From positions 8,494,001 to 8,558,000 of the forward strand of contig OZ281496.1 of NCBI GenBank assembly GCA_965637545.1: 64,000 nt of DNA, given 5' to 3'. Below, in pieces: positions 23,856 to 36,596 of the stretch (positions are counted from its first letter, which is position 1; each line of letters begins with the position of its first letter). This stretch comes from Phallusia mammillata. Lineage: Eukaryota. The notes under the pieces were generated by a model. The model was not told the DNA's origin, made no database searches, and saw nothing but the letters and a program-made list of their open reading frames with translations. Both the position numbers and the translations under genes were made by a program.

Positions 23856-26560
23856 CAGTGGCGTAGCCAGGGGGGGGGCCAAAGGGGCCATGCCCCCCCC
23901 CAAATTTTTTGAAATTGTACTCATCAAAAATAAATGTGCTATATCCATTTTTTAATTGTTTGTTTATGACTGAATAACTGAGAGAATGTTAACTAAATTG
24001 CCAAACAATGATTATTATCGAACAACAATGGTCATTTACACATTGGCTTTGGCATTAATGAGTGTAAGAGTGACTTGTATTTAGTTGGCTTTGGTGATAG
24101 TCTTGTTGAAGTAATATAGCAAAACATACGAGAAATAGCAAGAAGTATAAATAGTAAATACCAAATATTATAGTTTATTGCGATGTCTAAACCAAAACAA
24201 GCAAGATTGGATGCATTTTTTTCTTTAAAAAATAAAGATCAGCAGTCCTTAGAGGAAACACCTGTTACGCCCAGTGTTAGCAGTGTTAGAGTTACTCAGG
24301 AAATAAGAACAACAGACGATCTTGGATTTATTATGAAACACCATTCGCGGTTAGCCGATGATGAGAGGTATAGACTTCTAACATCTGATGGTATAAAAAA
24401 CGTCCCGCTTCTTGATACTATTAGGCAAGGTCGCCGCAAGTTTCTCAAAGTTTGGCTCGATGATGATAGGTTTTCGGATTGGCTGATGTACACTCAATGC
24501 TCTGATGGGGGCGGTTTGTGCAAGATTTGTGTTCTGATGCAAGTACGTTTAAAACATGGCAATCTCACTAACGCTGCTTTTAACAAACCTTGCACTCACT
24601 TCAAAAAATTCATCGAAAAGGCTGTTGCTCATCGTGATGCTGGTTACCATCGACAAGCAACTTTAGAAGCAAAAAGTTTTCTAAGAAGCATGGAAACTAA
24701 CCAAAATGTATCTGCGAGCCTGGATTCAGAATATTCCAGACAAATAAAGGAAAATCGAAACATAATGGCTTCCATCGTTAAAACGGTGATGTTCTGTGCT
24801 TCAAACAACATATCTTTGCGAGGCCATTCGGTAGACAACGGAAACTTTATGAACCTTCTTAAATTTCGCATCGACGCCGGGGACGAAACTTTAAAAAGCC
24901 ATTTTACTCACATGGCTGGTAATGCTAAATACACTAGCCCGACGATACAAAATGAAATTCTGGGTTTAGCAAAAGGTCTAATTGTTCAAGACATAGTCAC
25001 TGATGCCAACCAATCGTTTTTTTCTGTAATAGCCGATGAGTCTTGTGATATATCAGGAAAGGAACAGCTAAGCATTGTTTTGAGATACACGAAAGCTACA
25101 GAAGTGTATGAGAGTTTCATCGGTTTTGTTGAAATGAACTCGGTTTCAGCAGAATCGATTTCTACAAGTATTTTTGTCTCACCTTACCAGCACAGGATTG
25201 GATTTACAGAAACTTGTCGGACAAGGCTATGATGGAGCGTCAACAATGGCAGGTCACGTGAGTGGTGTGCAGAAGCGGATTCGCGACAAGTACCCTCGTG
25301 CATTATTTGTTCACTGTGCTGCGCACTGTTTAAACTTGGCTATAAATGATCAAAGTAAAGTTCCAACCATCAGAAACACCTGCGACATTATTAGAGAGAC
25401 CATCCGTTTTTTTAGAGAAAGTCCTAAAAGACGCACATGTTTAGGACTTAACATCCCGTTGTTCTGCCCTACCAGATGGTCCGAAAAATACAAAAGCATT
25501 CGAATCTTCAAATGTAATTTTAAACGTATACTCGAATCACTTGGCGCCTTGGAGTGTGATTTCAGCGGTGATACAAGAGCAAAAGCATTTTCGTTAAAAT
25601 GTGCTCTGGAAAAGTCTGGAGTTACTTACGCCGTGTGTTTGATTGGGCGATTTTCGGCACTCATTGAACCGTTGGCGCGGAAGCTTCAGGCTGTCGGAGT
25701 ATGTGTGCCAGATGTGAAAAACTTAATCACTTCTCTTCAAAACGTTCTATCTCAAAAACGCATAAACTCGGACACTGCGTTGGATATTTACAAAGAAGCT
25801 TGTGAAGTATTAAATGTACAACAGCTGACTACACCCAGAATAGCCGAGAAACAAGTTTATCGCGACAACGTCAACGCAGAATCTGGACCGCAGTATTTTT
25901 ATCGTGCAGTGTATATTCCTTACATCGAAGGTCTGAGTAGTTCGCTTCACGAACGATTTAGTGACAATTCCTCATTTTTTAATTTGCTATCGATCATTCC
26001 ACCCAACAAACCAACCAAGTTAGATGAGATTGAGCGTTTATATTGTTTAGATAACCTTGAGAGCGAAGTTATTCTGTGGAGATCTTCTCTAAGCTCTCAA
26101 CTCAAACCCGAATGTTTTCATGAACTTCTTTTGAGCGCAAACGACTATCCAAGCGTTCGCAACATAGTCCAGATCATAATGGCGTTGCCGGCAACAACTG
26201 TTGAAGCTGAACGTTCTTTTTCGTGTATGAAGCGGGTCAAGACATGGTTGCGCTCAACGATGACTTCCGATCGCCTTTCAGATATATGTGTGCTGCATTG
26301 TCATCATGAAAAAATCAGCGAGGAAAAGATCAATCAGATTGTGTCAAATATGGCTGGTAGTAGGCGAAGGATGAACTTTTAATCATACCGTTGTGTGCAG
26401 CTAAAGCAATGAAGATAATTTTTTTGTGTAATTTGCCTCAGAAAAATTGCTGTTTGTGGGCACAACTATGTCGTTTTTCGTTCTCGTTGAATGTTATTTT
26501 ACTTGTAAAAAGTCACAAAATATTGGCCCCCCCCAAAATTTTCCGCTGCCTACGCCACTG
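23856..26560 (+). mobile_element. Full-length hAT transposon, 2705 bp
   Basis: TIRs cagtggcgtagccag / ctgcctacgccactg; 8-bp TSD GTTCGGGT. Confidence 0.95.
24183..26382 (+). CDS. hAT transposase (DUF4371 + hATC dimerisation, THAP12/ZMYM1-like); one frameshift in T-run 25171-25175
   Basis: IADESCDIS, GQGYDGASTM, VHCAAHCLNL, PTRW and EAERSFS motifs. Confidence 0.88.
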
Positions 26561-27209
26561 GTTCGGGTTCGGTTTAGGTTTAAAGAATTTATCCGATCAA
26601 ACCGGTTCGCCGGTTCGAGTTTAGTTCCGGTTCGACTCCTTGGTTTAAATCGGTGACAGTCAAGTCCGTTATGTTAAAATTTAACCCGTTTGCCACGTAA
26701 ATCCGAACTCGACTTTCTCGGCTCCAATACAACTTCTTGTAACATGTCAGTATTTTCTCAACATTGGTATATAAATATATATTTATTGCTGTTGTGTTAA
26801 TTGTATTTAGTGCATTTATGGTTATCCAGCCGTTCTTTTATAGAGAAGATGATAAAAAAGAGCCGTTAGAAATAGTTTATTTTCAATGTGACTATTGTAA
26901 AGCAAACGAACGACCCTGTAACGCGTGCACGTTCAATGAAAGTGTAATGTAAAACACTTTTCCATGATATCATTTATACTGTAGCTCGTATACCTAATTG
27001 CTTTGCAGCAGGGGTTGGCAACCGCCGGCACGCATGCCAAGGTTGTCCGGTTGTTTTGTGGCACGCCAAATGATTTATGTATTTATATTACCAATTTAAA
27101 CTGCTACATTGCTTGTTTCCAGTTGTTCAACAATTGGCTTAAAATACGGCCTACACAAACAATTCTTCTTCTTTCCATTGACGTATAAACGTTAAGCCGA
27201 ACGAATTCT

Positions 27210-29600
27210 TTACGCCATACGAATATTTTTATAAGATTTACGTTTTTCGGGTCGAGTTCGGGTTCGTACTGTGTTCGAGCTAAATTTGTTTTTGACAAAC
27301 AGGCTTGATTCGGGCCTGACTTCAAATTCTCTATCAGTGTTTTATTTAAATAGTGAGCTTTAATGAAATGAGTTGCAAACCACTATGCTTGAACAAAACG
27401 AACTTCTCGTTTCGTAGTTGTGAGCAAGGCATGTACGGGAAGGAAGCAATTGCATGGTCAATTAATTTGCTTTGGCGACTGCGTGCTGGGCACAAACCAA
27501 ATATGAAGTCAGTCAACCTAATTGTTTCAGCTTGCTCGCTTTCATGCGGTTTAGACCAGCTTAATCACAAACAAGTCTTTTGAATCTAGTAAGCATTTTT
27601 CAGAATTACAAGTATATTAAGTTTGTTGTCGGTTAGTAAATACATAAGCGCTATATGTAGCTTAAAATAGTAAATGGCACAATTAGTGGATAATGACTGA
27701 AACGCGCAACAGCTGCATTGCAAATGGTTATGCAGCAACCACTCTTAAGTGAGGCAGTTTTACGCACGGTAAGTATAATATGACTGGGCATATTTCGATT
27801 TCTTGTGTGTTGTACATTGATTATGACCTGGTAGTATAGATGTGGCTTCCTATATTGACAGCTTGTTAAAGCGTAAAAGAGGATTGTTTTTAATATTATT
27901 GCCTTGGTTAATGTTAGATTTTTTACCTTACAGTTTGTGGTTAATTTGGAAACCAAGATCTAATTCTGAAGGCATAAAGTGACAAAAACCGATTATAAGT
28001 TTAAAAAGAAACAGAGAATACAAACAAGTGAAGATTGTATAAACAGCAAACGGAACAAGAACAGTTGATAGCAAAGAATACTAACAAACATACAATGAAA
28101 AGTTGTGTAAAATCAGCAAACAAAAAATTTAAATGCAATTTATGTGAAAAATCATATACCCGAAAGTGTAATCTAAAACAACATTTGGTTACACACAATG
28201 GTGAAAAACGCTATCAGTGTGAGGTTTGCAAGAAAAAAGTTTTCACTAAAGCAAATTTGAAAGCACACATGCTGATACACTCGGACAGAAAAAGACCACA
28301 TAAGTGTGAAATTTGTGAAAAGTTTTTTTTATCAGTTTCTGAATTGAAAATACACAAGGTATCGCACACTGGCGTTAAAGCATACAGTTGCAATATCTGC
28401 GAAAAGAAGTTTCAATTTCCAGGACATGTGAATCAACATATGAGATGCCATTCAGGGGAACGACCATACAAATGCAATCTCTGCGACAAAAGTTACACAC
28501 ATTCTTCACCACCTTTCAAGACACATGCTTCATCACACCAAGGAACAACGACATAAGTGTGGAGTGTGTGAAAAATATTTTACAGAGAGAAGGAGTTTGG
28601 ACATACATCTCAATGTACACATGGGACTTAAACTGCATAAGTGTACAATATGTCAGAAAGCATTTAGTTACCCAAGATCTCTAAGGAGCCACATGTTCAT
28701 TCATAGTGACGTGAAACCACACAAGTGTAAGTTTTGTGAAAAGGAGTTTGCTTCGATAGGTGGTCTAAAACATCATATGGCGGCCCATAAAGAAGAAAAA
28801 CTATTCAAGTGTCCCTCTTGTGGAAAAGGATTTCATCACATGCACGGTTTGAAACGACACAGTTTTGACACACTCAGGAATAAAGGCTCACCAGTGTGAC
28901 ATTTGTGAAAAAAGGTTTGCCCTTTCGACAACATTAAAAAGACACCGAGAAGCTCACTTTGGAAATAAAAAGATTCAATGCAAAGTTTGTAAAAGTTACT
29001 TTACACGACCTGACCACTTAAAGCTGCACTTGGAAAAAACCAACAAGGGTCGAAAATGTGCCAAAATTTTATATGACATCAACCTTTGAAACTGTCAATT
29101 ATTATGTCATTAAAGTTCTGAAAAAACGACTATGCACAATGCCTATGTAACCTGTAAGGCAGCGATATTCAATCTTCGGCGGGAATTTAATCACCCTTTT
29201 CCGGCGAGAGACTGAGTTGGGCTAAGATGTTGTACGACCGTATGTAGAAGGTAGCACAAACATTGTTCTTGTTATGTTTGTCGAATCAAACTTGTTTCGC
29301 TGTGAAACTATATTTAAAAAGCTTCCAAAAATTACCACATAAGCTTTCCTATTTAATCTTAGTACTTTCGGCTTTATCAAACTTGATTCTGTCTCGAGTA
29401 ATTGTTAGTAATATTTCAGTTTCGTATGAGGCGGAATAAAAAAACACCAACACACAACTTACATGACCATATTTGGCAATCAGCTTGCTTTCTTTGCACG
29501 ATCGAATCAGAACGATTTGCACATTCATCCATTTTTGTTATCAGCATTTACAACGATACACTAGAAAACAAAAGGAATACTTATCACCGAATAAAGCTAG
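27210..29600 (+). repeat. Diverged duplication unit C
   Basis: Colinear with 590-1500 and 6060-6960 around a third ZnF gene. Confidence 0.85.
28035..29089 (+). pseudogene. C2H2 ZnF copy C (11 fingers); two +1 frameshifts (28509-28510, 28863-28866), possibly sequencing errors
   Basis: ORFs 28035-28556, 28525-28899 and 28865-29089 join into a paralog of 16280-17269. Confidence 0.85.
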
Positions 29601-29966
29601 AATATTTTAGTAAGTTATGTTTTTTGTAGGTTTTATTTCAAATCAGAATAGTTAAATCTTTCCTGTGGGCCAATTGCGTCCAAAAACAAAGGAAACTGGA
29701 ATATTTGGAGGTGGAAATTGAAATATGAATTTTAAACATAGTTTTTGTACCCCTGTGACTATAGTGGTACATCTCACAGTATGGATCACGCCAATGCAAT
29801 TGACACCCTACTACGATACTGACATGCCCCACAGAGGAGACAGCCAACGGTGCCCCTGATTCAAAAAAAAAAAAAGTACAAAAAAGTAACCAAAAACTAA
29901 ACCAGGTTCTTATGGTGGGTTCTAACAACATACATCGCGACAGACCCAAGTTGAGCTAAATTTCGA

Positions 29967-30197
29967 TAGGTGGCGTAAAAAGCTGAATTATTAATTTAGC
30001 ATTTAATGAAAGGTAGGTTTTAGAAGTTTTTTTTCAAAAAAATAACTTTTAAATAGGTGCTTGGGCTCTTTGCGCCACCTAGAAAAATTTAGTTAAAAGC
30101 GCTGCTGACGTGAGTTATGGTGACAGGAGATTGTCCATTTCAAAAAAGTGCAATGTCGTGCTGCTTTAATAACTATCTCTGCTTTTTGCGCCACCCA
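29967..30197. mobile_element. Small TIR element (ggtggcgcaaaaagc family); related pieces at ~8225-8700, ~47910, ~59390
   Basis: taggtggcgtaaaaagc ... gctttttgcgccaccca inverted termini. Confidence 0.6.
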
Positions 30198-30684
30198 TTG
30201 GCAAAATGGTCTGAAGTTAGTATTTCCGACACATTTTTCGAGTATATACGGGAATGCTTACAAACGGGCTTGATTCGGTACAGCGCCTTCAAAACGATAC
30301 CTTCAGCACAAAAAAGATTTTTGACTTTCAGCAGCCATCTTGGATGCGGATTTTAATACCACGCAACTTCAACCTGTACTGATATAGAAACGTATGAATC
30401 AAGTTGTCAGTAGAGATGCCTTAAATCAAGACATACTAAATTTTAACAATACAACCGTTAAACGTTAGTCGAACCGAACATCAACAATATCCGGATGTTT
30501 GTGCAATTAATTTATTTTTAACAAGACTTCATATACAATGTGAGAAGCAGATACCGAAAATGCTCATAGACTTCGATAATTAATAGATCGTTTCAAGAAA
30601 AAGACTATGCAACAGAAAACTAGGGTGCATGAAATATGCGAACAATTAGTTTCGAACCAATAATCGTGTTATGAAACAAACAAT

Positions 30685-31140
30685 TCAGTGTTCGATATCA
30701 ACCGTTTCACGCCTTGTCAAAAGTGACAGTGGATACTTCAATATATCGTTCCAAGTTTCAAATGTTAAAACAAGAGCTAATAGGTTACAAGCAATTGCTG
30801 CTGCAAATAGCTGTACCTCAAGATACAAGTTAGCAAACATTGATACAATATCGGTTGAAATGCAAAGAAGTGACATAAAAGCCGTTCGTTTCATTATTTG
30901 TAACCCGGCAATAATATTTACTCCTTGCTCAGCGCATTTAAATCGATCGAGGAAAAGAAATAAAAGCAAGCACTGTCCTGCTATATCAATGTTTTTTCTG
31001 ACAAAGGCCACTTAACATTGCCTTCAAAATGTGTACACCCAAACCCATTGATATCTTTGTGTAATATAGTATGCTAATGCATGCAGTAAATGTTCCAAAA
31101 TTCAGGCAGACAATGCTCGACCAACTTAGGACTTTAATCC
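30685..31140 (-). pseudogene. 7TM-family 3' fragment
   Basis: DIAGQCLLLFLFL...FETWNDILKYPLSLLTRRETVDIEH, with an internal deletion. Confidence 0.85.
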
Positions 31141-31184
31141 GAAATGCAAAATCATCAAGCCAATAGAGACCTTGTGAGTCGAAA

Positions 31185-32510
31185 CATTGTACAAAGAAGT
31201 GACATAAAAGCGGTTCGTTTCATCATTTGTAACCCGGCAATAATGTTTACTCCTTGCTGGGCGCATTTAAATAGATAGAGGAAAAGAAAAAAAAGTATGC
31301 ACTGGCCTGCAAAATCAATTGCAATTCCTGCTAACAACGGCCACGGTACAATTCCACCAACAAAAGTACATCCATATCCCAATAACTGAAATCTTTGAGT
31401 AATGGAGTATCCAATGCAAGAAGTAAATACGCTCAAACACAGAAAGGCAATGCTCGACTAACTTAGTACTTTAATCCAAGCTTTGTAAATGTGATTCACA
31501 TGAGAACTTTTACAGAAACAGCGTAGTTTAAACCACAGAAATGTGTAAAGTGTGAATGCACTAAAACCTAATACCATGGGCATGATTCTTGTTAGGATTT
31601 GACATGTAAATGAAGATTGTGGTTTGTAACCCACAATGATACAGATATGTCAAGCACAGTCAGGGGTGGATCTAGAAAAAATTTAAGGGGGCTGTCCAAC
31701 AATTATTTGGAAAATTTCCTAGTGCAACACTGATGTTATACAATATTATTTGGGTATTCCCCTTTCTAAAAAACGTCATAAGCTTGACGTCACTTACGCA
31801 CCAAAAAATCTACGGTTGCAAGGTATCATTTTGAAAATACGCAGTGCTCAATGCAAAACAGAAATTTGGGGTTGGAAAAAACTGTTTTACTATCATGGAC
31901 GCACAAAGCTTGTGATGTTGCATTGTTTATAATGACGCATTAAGCGGCAGTGTGCTTTGTCCAGAATTGCAAGCAGGCCCAAACCCGAAAGTACAAGACC
32001 TCAACCTAAATGCTTTCGTATTGTCAGCGCAATAAACTCTTTATTTTAACCCTTACGTCACAATAGTCTAATAGATAAGCCAATACAAAACGATGAAGGC
32101 ACATAGCTTTGAGACAACGACTCCCTGTAATCACGCAACGGTAAACGGAACGTTTGGCCTATTTAATCTACGCACAACTTTTTCAAAATTAGAGTCGTGG
32201 AAATTTTACCAATTTTCTGAGGGGGGTGTCCAAACACCCCCGTCTAGATCCGCCCATGAGCACAGTGTATATGTTTACTAAGATAGACGCCACACTTGTC
32301 AACAAATACATAATCCGTGTATTCCTATCTCCACTTTTGTACTTGTTGTTTGAGAAACCACAGGCAAATATTGCAATAGTCAAGTGAATAGTAAAGCATA
32401 GTGCAGTTGTATCTATCGTCAGCCAAGCAATTCTTTGAGAAGAAAACTTCGCGGCGCCCGTGCTTCTTTCTTTAATGTCCGTGAGCTTGGAAGTGTTTGA
32501 TTCAGTTTCA
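31185..32510 (-). pseudogene. 7TM-family gene with lost ATG, a MITE insertion and 3' truncation
   Basis: ORF pieces 32189-32521 and 31155-31436; the ttaagatg start context is deleted. Confidence 0.85.
31661..32258. mobile_element. hAT MITE inside a 7TM coding sequence
   Basis: TIRs caggggtggatctaga / tctagatccgcccatg; TSD AGCACAGT. Confidence 0.9.
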
Positions 32511-33639
32511 GCAAATTCCAAAACCTATACTACGGTTCTAAAACAAAATAAGACTTAATATTCTGTCCTAAAAGTCACAACCTTCTATATAATGAACAGA
32601 AAAAAAATGAATTGATCAGTCCGCCAACTTGTGCCACAAACTGTTTTGCGCTCCATAATGTCAAAAACGTGCGCATCCATTTTCGGATTGGTGATTTATC
32701 AGTGCTATAGTGACGCAATATGTGATTTTTTGAAGCGAAATAAACTTAATTCAACTCAACTATTTAGAAAACATCGAAAGGTGCCTAAAAAGGTATGATG
32801 TCTTTACGGTTTATTGATGCCAAACCAAGCCTGGTTTCTGCACAAACTAGTGACGTTGGAAAAAATGAAACCTCTGTTATGGGCATCACAGCATATACAA
32901 AAAGCCACACTTCCTTCTTCAAACAATAAACGTCAGAAAACTTCTCCTCATTGTGAAGTGGATCGCTCTGACAAATCAAACGAAACAACAACGCACATAG
33001 TCTAATAAATCACCTAAACAAAACACTTCACCATTTTAGTCTTAGCACCAAGAAACAACACTAAACTACTGGCACTAAACATTTTTTTACAATAATCAGA
33101 AATTGAAATGAGTAATCAGTTATCATTTCACACATTGTGCTTGAAGACAATAAGTTTGTTTACATTTTCTGGTGACAAACGGTTTCCTAAAGGAGACACA
33201 ATATTACCGGCAACAGAAAATAATCGCCCACAAGCAACACTACTGTATGGCAGTCCTAAAAAACATTTTGCTAAATGAAATAATGCAGGAAAATTTGCTT
33301 TGTTAACCTTCCAATTCAGTCGGCATTAAGTCGCTGTAGCGAATTAGGTCATATTATTTCATTAAATCCAAAACGAACGCGTTTTTTAAATGTAGTCCCA
33401 GAAATATTTTATCACGGCCGATGATAGTTGTTTTTTTGCCTCCTTTCATTTTCAATTTTACACATGATAAAGTCTCAAAAAAAGTATCGGTACTTGTACC
33501 GATACCGCTAAAGTATCGGACGAGTACCGATACTGCTCGAAGCATCGGGTATCGGCGCCGATACAGTACTATCGGGCCATCCCTAGTACAAACGTGGAGA
33601 TAGGAATGCACGAGTATTGTTTGTGTAGCGTCCAAACTA

Positions 33640-34290
33640 GTGAAAAAATATAGACTCTAAATAATAAAGTAAGTAACGCATTCTTGAACAGATTGCATAT
33701 TCTAGAGAATGTCGTTGGAATGAATTGCATAGATAAAGACTGGCCTCAGCATAATACAATTCAAATTTCGCACATAGTGGTCTATTTTTGTCCGAGTATT
33801 ACAACACGTGTGTTTTTAAAGGATTTGTAAAAATTCAAACTTTGGACTGGGAATGTTTTTCTTCACTGTGTGTTGCCGCTTGTTTATTCAGGGTAATTCT
33901 CACCTTTTCAATTTGTTGGTTGCATTTTTCACCAAATTTTTATTTCTGTCTTTTGTAATATTTCTAGCTTCAATTTACTGATATTGTTTCCATTGTTGTT
34001 GGGTGCATAAACAAACAACTTTTGTGTGTGTGACTGTGTGTTGTCTGTTGCAAAATCGAAACTTGTTTCTTTGATTACCGCAATCTGTAAGGTAAAATAC
34101 AAACTAATTTCGTGCAATTGTGCAAACCAGTGGTTCTCAAATTGAAGTATGTAAGTGCAGTCAGCAGAAAAAATGATTTAAAAGTCAACAAGTGTACAAT
34201 ACGGTGGCGCGAAAGTTAAATGGTTCGCTTCAGATAGTTTGGTAAGCCTATTTCAGCTTTGATATTATCTAAAACTTCCATATGCGACAC
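33640..34290 (+). repeat. Direct repeat of ~39990-40620
   Basis: Shared blocks such as ttcaatttactgatattgtttccattgttg and ttaccgcaatctgtaaggtaaaatacaaa. Confidence 0.8.
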
Positions 34291-34318
34291 TTTATTACAA
34301 TGCATTTGTACTCTAAAC

Positions 34319-34800
34319 CAGGAGTCCGCAAAAACTTTTTGGCGCGACCCTAAAAAAATTTCTCTAAATTCTCGCGACCCAAGCATTTTGCAAAATTATT
34401 CTAAATTCTCGCGACCCAAGCATCAAGTCTGTGGAAAATACTAATCAACTAAATATCATTATTAAGACTGCTATTATGCTATTGTCAGTTGCTATTTTCA
34501 TATAAAACAGTAGGTAAACGAACGTATTTATTCTAACAAATGAGAACTGTGGGCTCTGTGTTGAGAACACAGCTAATCAGAAAAAAACATGCCTGCATAG
34601 GTGCGCTTACCTTTTTGCATTGTTACATAGACTGTATGTCACAGTTACGCAGTCATACGTAACAATGCAATAATGATTAAAAGGTTGAAAAAAAGCCGAA
34701 ATTCATTAATACTGTAGATGTGATGCTTGTATTTGGGAAATTTAAAATATTTCGCGACCCAGACTGGAACGTCTCGCGACCCACTATTTGCGGACCCCTG
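34319..34800. mobile_element. hAT MITE
   Basis: TIRs caggagtccgcaaa / tttgcggacccctg; TSD CTCTAAAC. Confidence 0.9.
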
Positions 34801-35323
34801 CTCTAAACCAGAGAATAACGTCAATAAACCGGGTATAAAAATGTTTTAGATTTTTGAATTGCGTTCATTGTACAACCATAAAATTAAGCAGCAATATGTA
34901 AATTGTATTTAATCACTTTTGATATATCAAATCAAGAGACCAATGAGGGTAAAAATAGGAACTGTTTAGGTAATACATTTTTTTCATAGTATCCCTTAAA
35001 AATTATTACTTACGCTATTCCGACATTGTTTTGTTAGAGAGATTTTGTGTAGTGAGGTCGCACTGATTTTTCGTTTTTCCTCAATATTACATAACAACTG
35101 TAGTTAAAATGAACTAGTGCGCATGCATGGTGACTAACTCGTTGTGGACTTAATCCTTCAATCCATGGAAATTAAGGAAGTGATTGATCGGTCACATTGG
35201 CGACTGCATGCTGGACAAGCAAAACAAAGTTTCAAGGCAGTTATTCAGTATAGTATGTTCCAGCATAAGCGCTGTCATGCATGAGCTGTATCCTATGTTA
35301 CATCTTTTTCAGCACAGTGATCC

Positions 35324-35538
35324 TTACAAACTAACTTTGAGTTGAGGATTCCAAACTAGAAACTTCAAGTTAAGGTTTTACAAACTAACAACTTTGAGTT
35401 AAGACTAACTAACTAGTGACTTTGATTTATGGTTAACAAACGACTTACTTTAAATTAAGGTTTACAAACTAATAACTTTGAGTTAAGGTTTACGAACTAG
35501 TAGCTTTGAGACTTGAGAGATGGTTTACTAACTAGTAG
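35324..35538 (+). repeat. Degenerate ~27-30-bp tandem repeat (aactttgagttaaggtttacaaact)
   Basis: About 7 imperfect units are visible. Confidence 0.75.
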
Positions 35539-36596
35539 CGAATGTATTTTTAACTTTGACAGCGCCACCCTTGGTAATTAGGCATTTTTTCTTTGACCTA
35601 AATGACTACACTTGTTTGCATACATTTAAGGTAAAGAGAGGATAATTATAGTTACGGCATCTCTCATTGCGACCGATAAGGTTTTGAAACTGTATTAGCG
35701 CAACAGGTTGTGGTTGTTTGTTCCTGTAATGTTTATTTTGAATTAAGCTAAAACTGGAAAGTTAATCTATTAAGTTTAGTAAGATTAGGAGTTAATTTAA
35801 ATAGTTGTTAGATAATATTTCTTACCAGCGACAACTGTACAGGGATCGAGACTACAGTACGTTATACGCGCAACATGCCAGCAGAGTGTAGGGTTATCCC
35901 TTGTAAGTGCAGCTGTCACCGCCATTATTCACAGCTTGTTGAAGTTATCCGGACGGTTTTGTTTTAGTCGTCAGCTTTCTTTTTTTTAGTTTAGCATCTT
36001 AACCTCACTTTCGTGTGAGCCCCAAATACACATAGCTTCATAATAAGGTGTAGGTGCAGCGTGCTTAGTCATGGTCATCCAAATGTGCCCACTACGTTTC
36101 AACGTTCAGGCTCTTTAACCAAGCGAAACCAACTCAGCCGTTAGACATGGTGGTAATTCAAACTTTTACCAAAACTAAAAACATCTGATTGTCAATTTTG
36201 ATATCATGTGTATATTATGGGTCCCCTTTCTTAAAATCTCGCAAACGTACTTCGGTTTCGTATATATCAGAAAAAATATTGTTAATCAACATAAATGTTA
36301 AAAAAATGAACTTGACATTTTCGGGATAAAGGCCCGTTTGCACTGAGCGTAGCGAAACGAAGTTGGGCGAACGGTTAACTTTTTGTTAAAAGTTGTACAA
36401 ATACCACAACTGTTTGACGGAAGATATAAATGTTATTAATTATTTATCTGACACAAATGCCTTTATGTATGAATTGTATCAAAGTAATTTAAATTAATTG
36501 CTATTGTGGCGTCATATTAACACATGTTTTGACCGGAAAATAAATATACGTTTCAAATTTAAGTGCTAGAAGGTATAGTTATTGCTGGATATAAAG

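Noticed and set aside
26764-26952. 62-aa ORF with a hydrophobic N-terminus and CxxC..CxxC
   Set aside because: It starts at TTG with an in-frame stop just upstream, the first ATG lies after most of the hydrophobic stretch, and no homologous copy was seen.
35324-35538. CRISPR-like array
   Set aside because: Degenerate adjacent units without unique spacers, in eukaryotic DNA.
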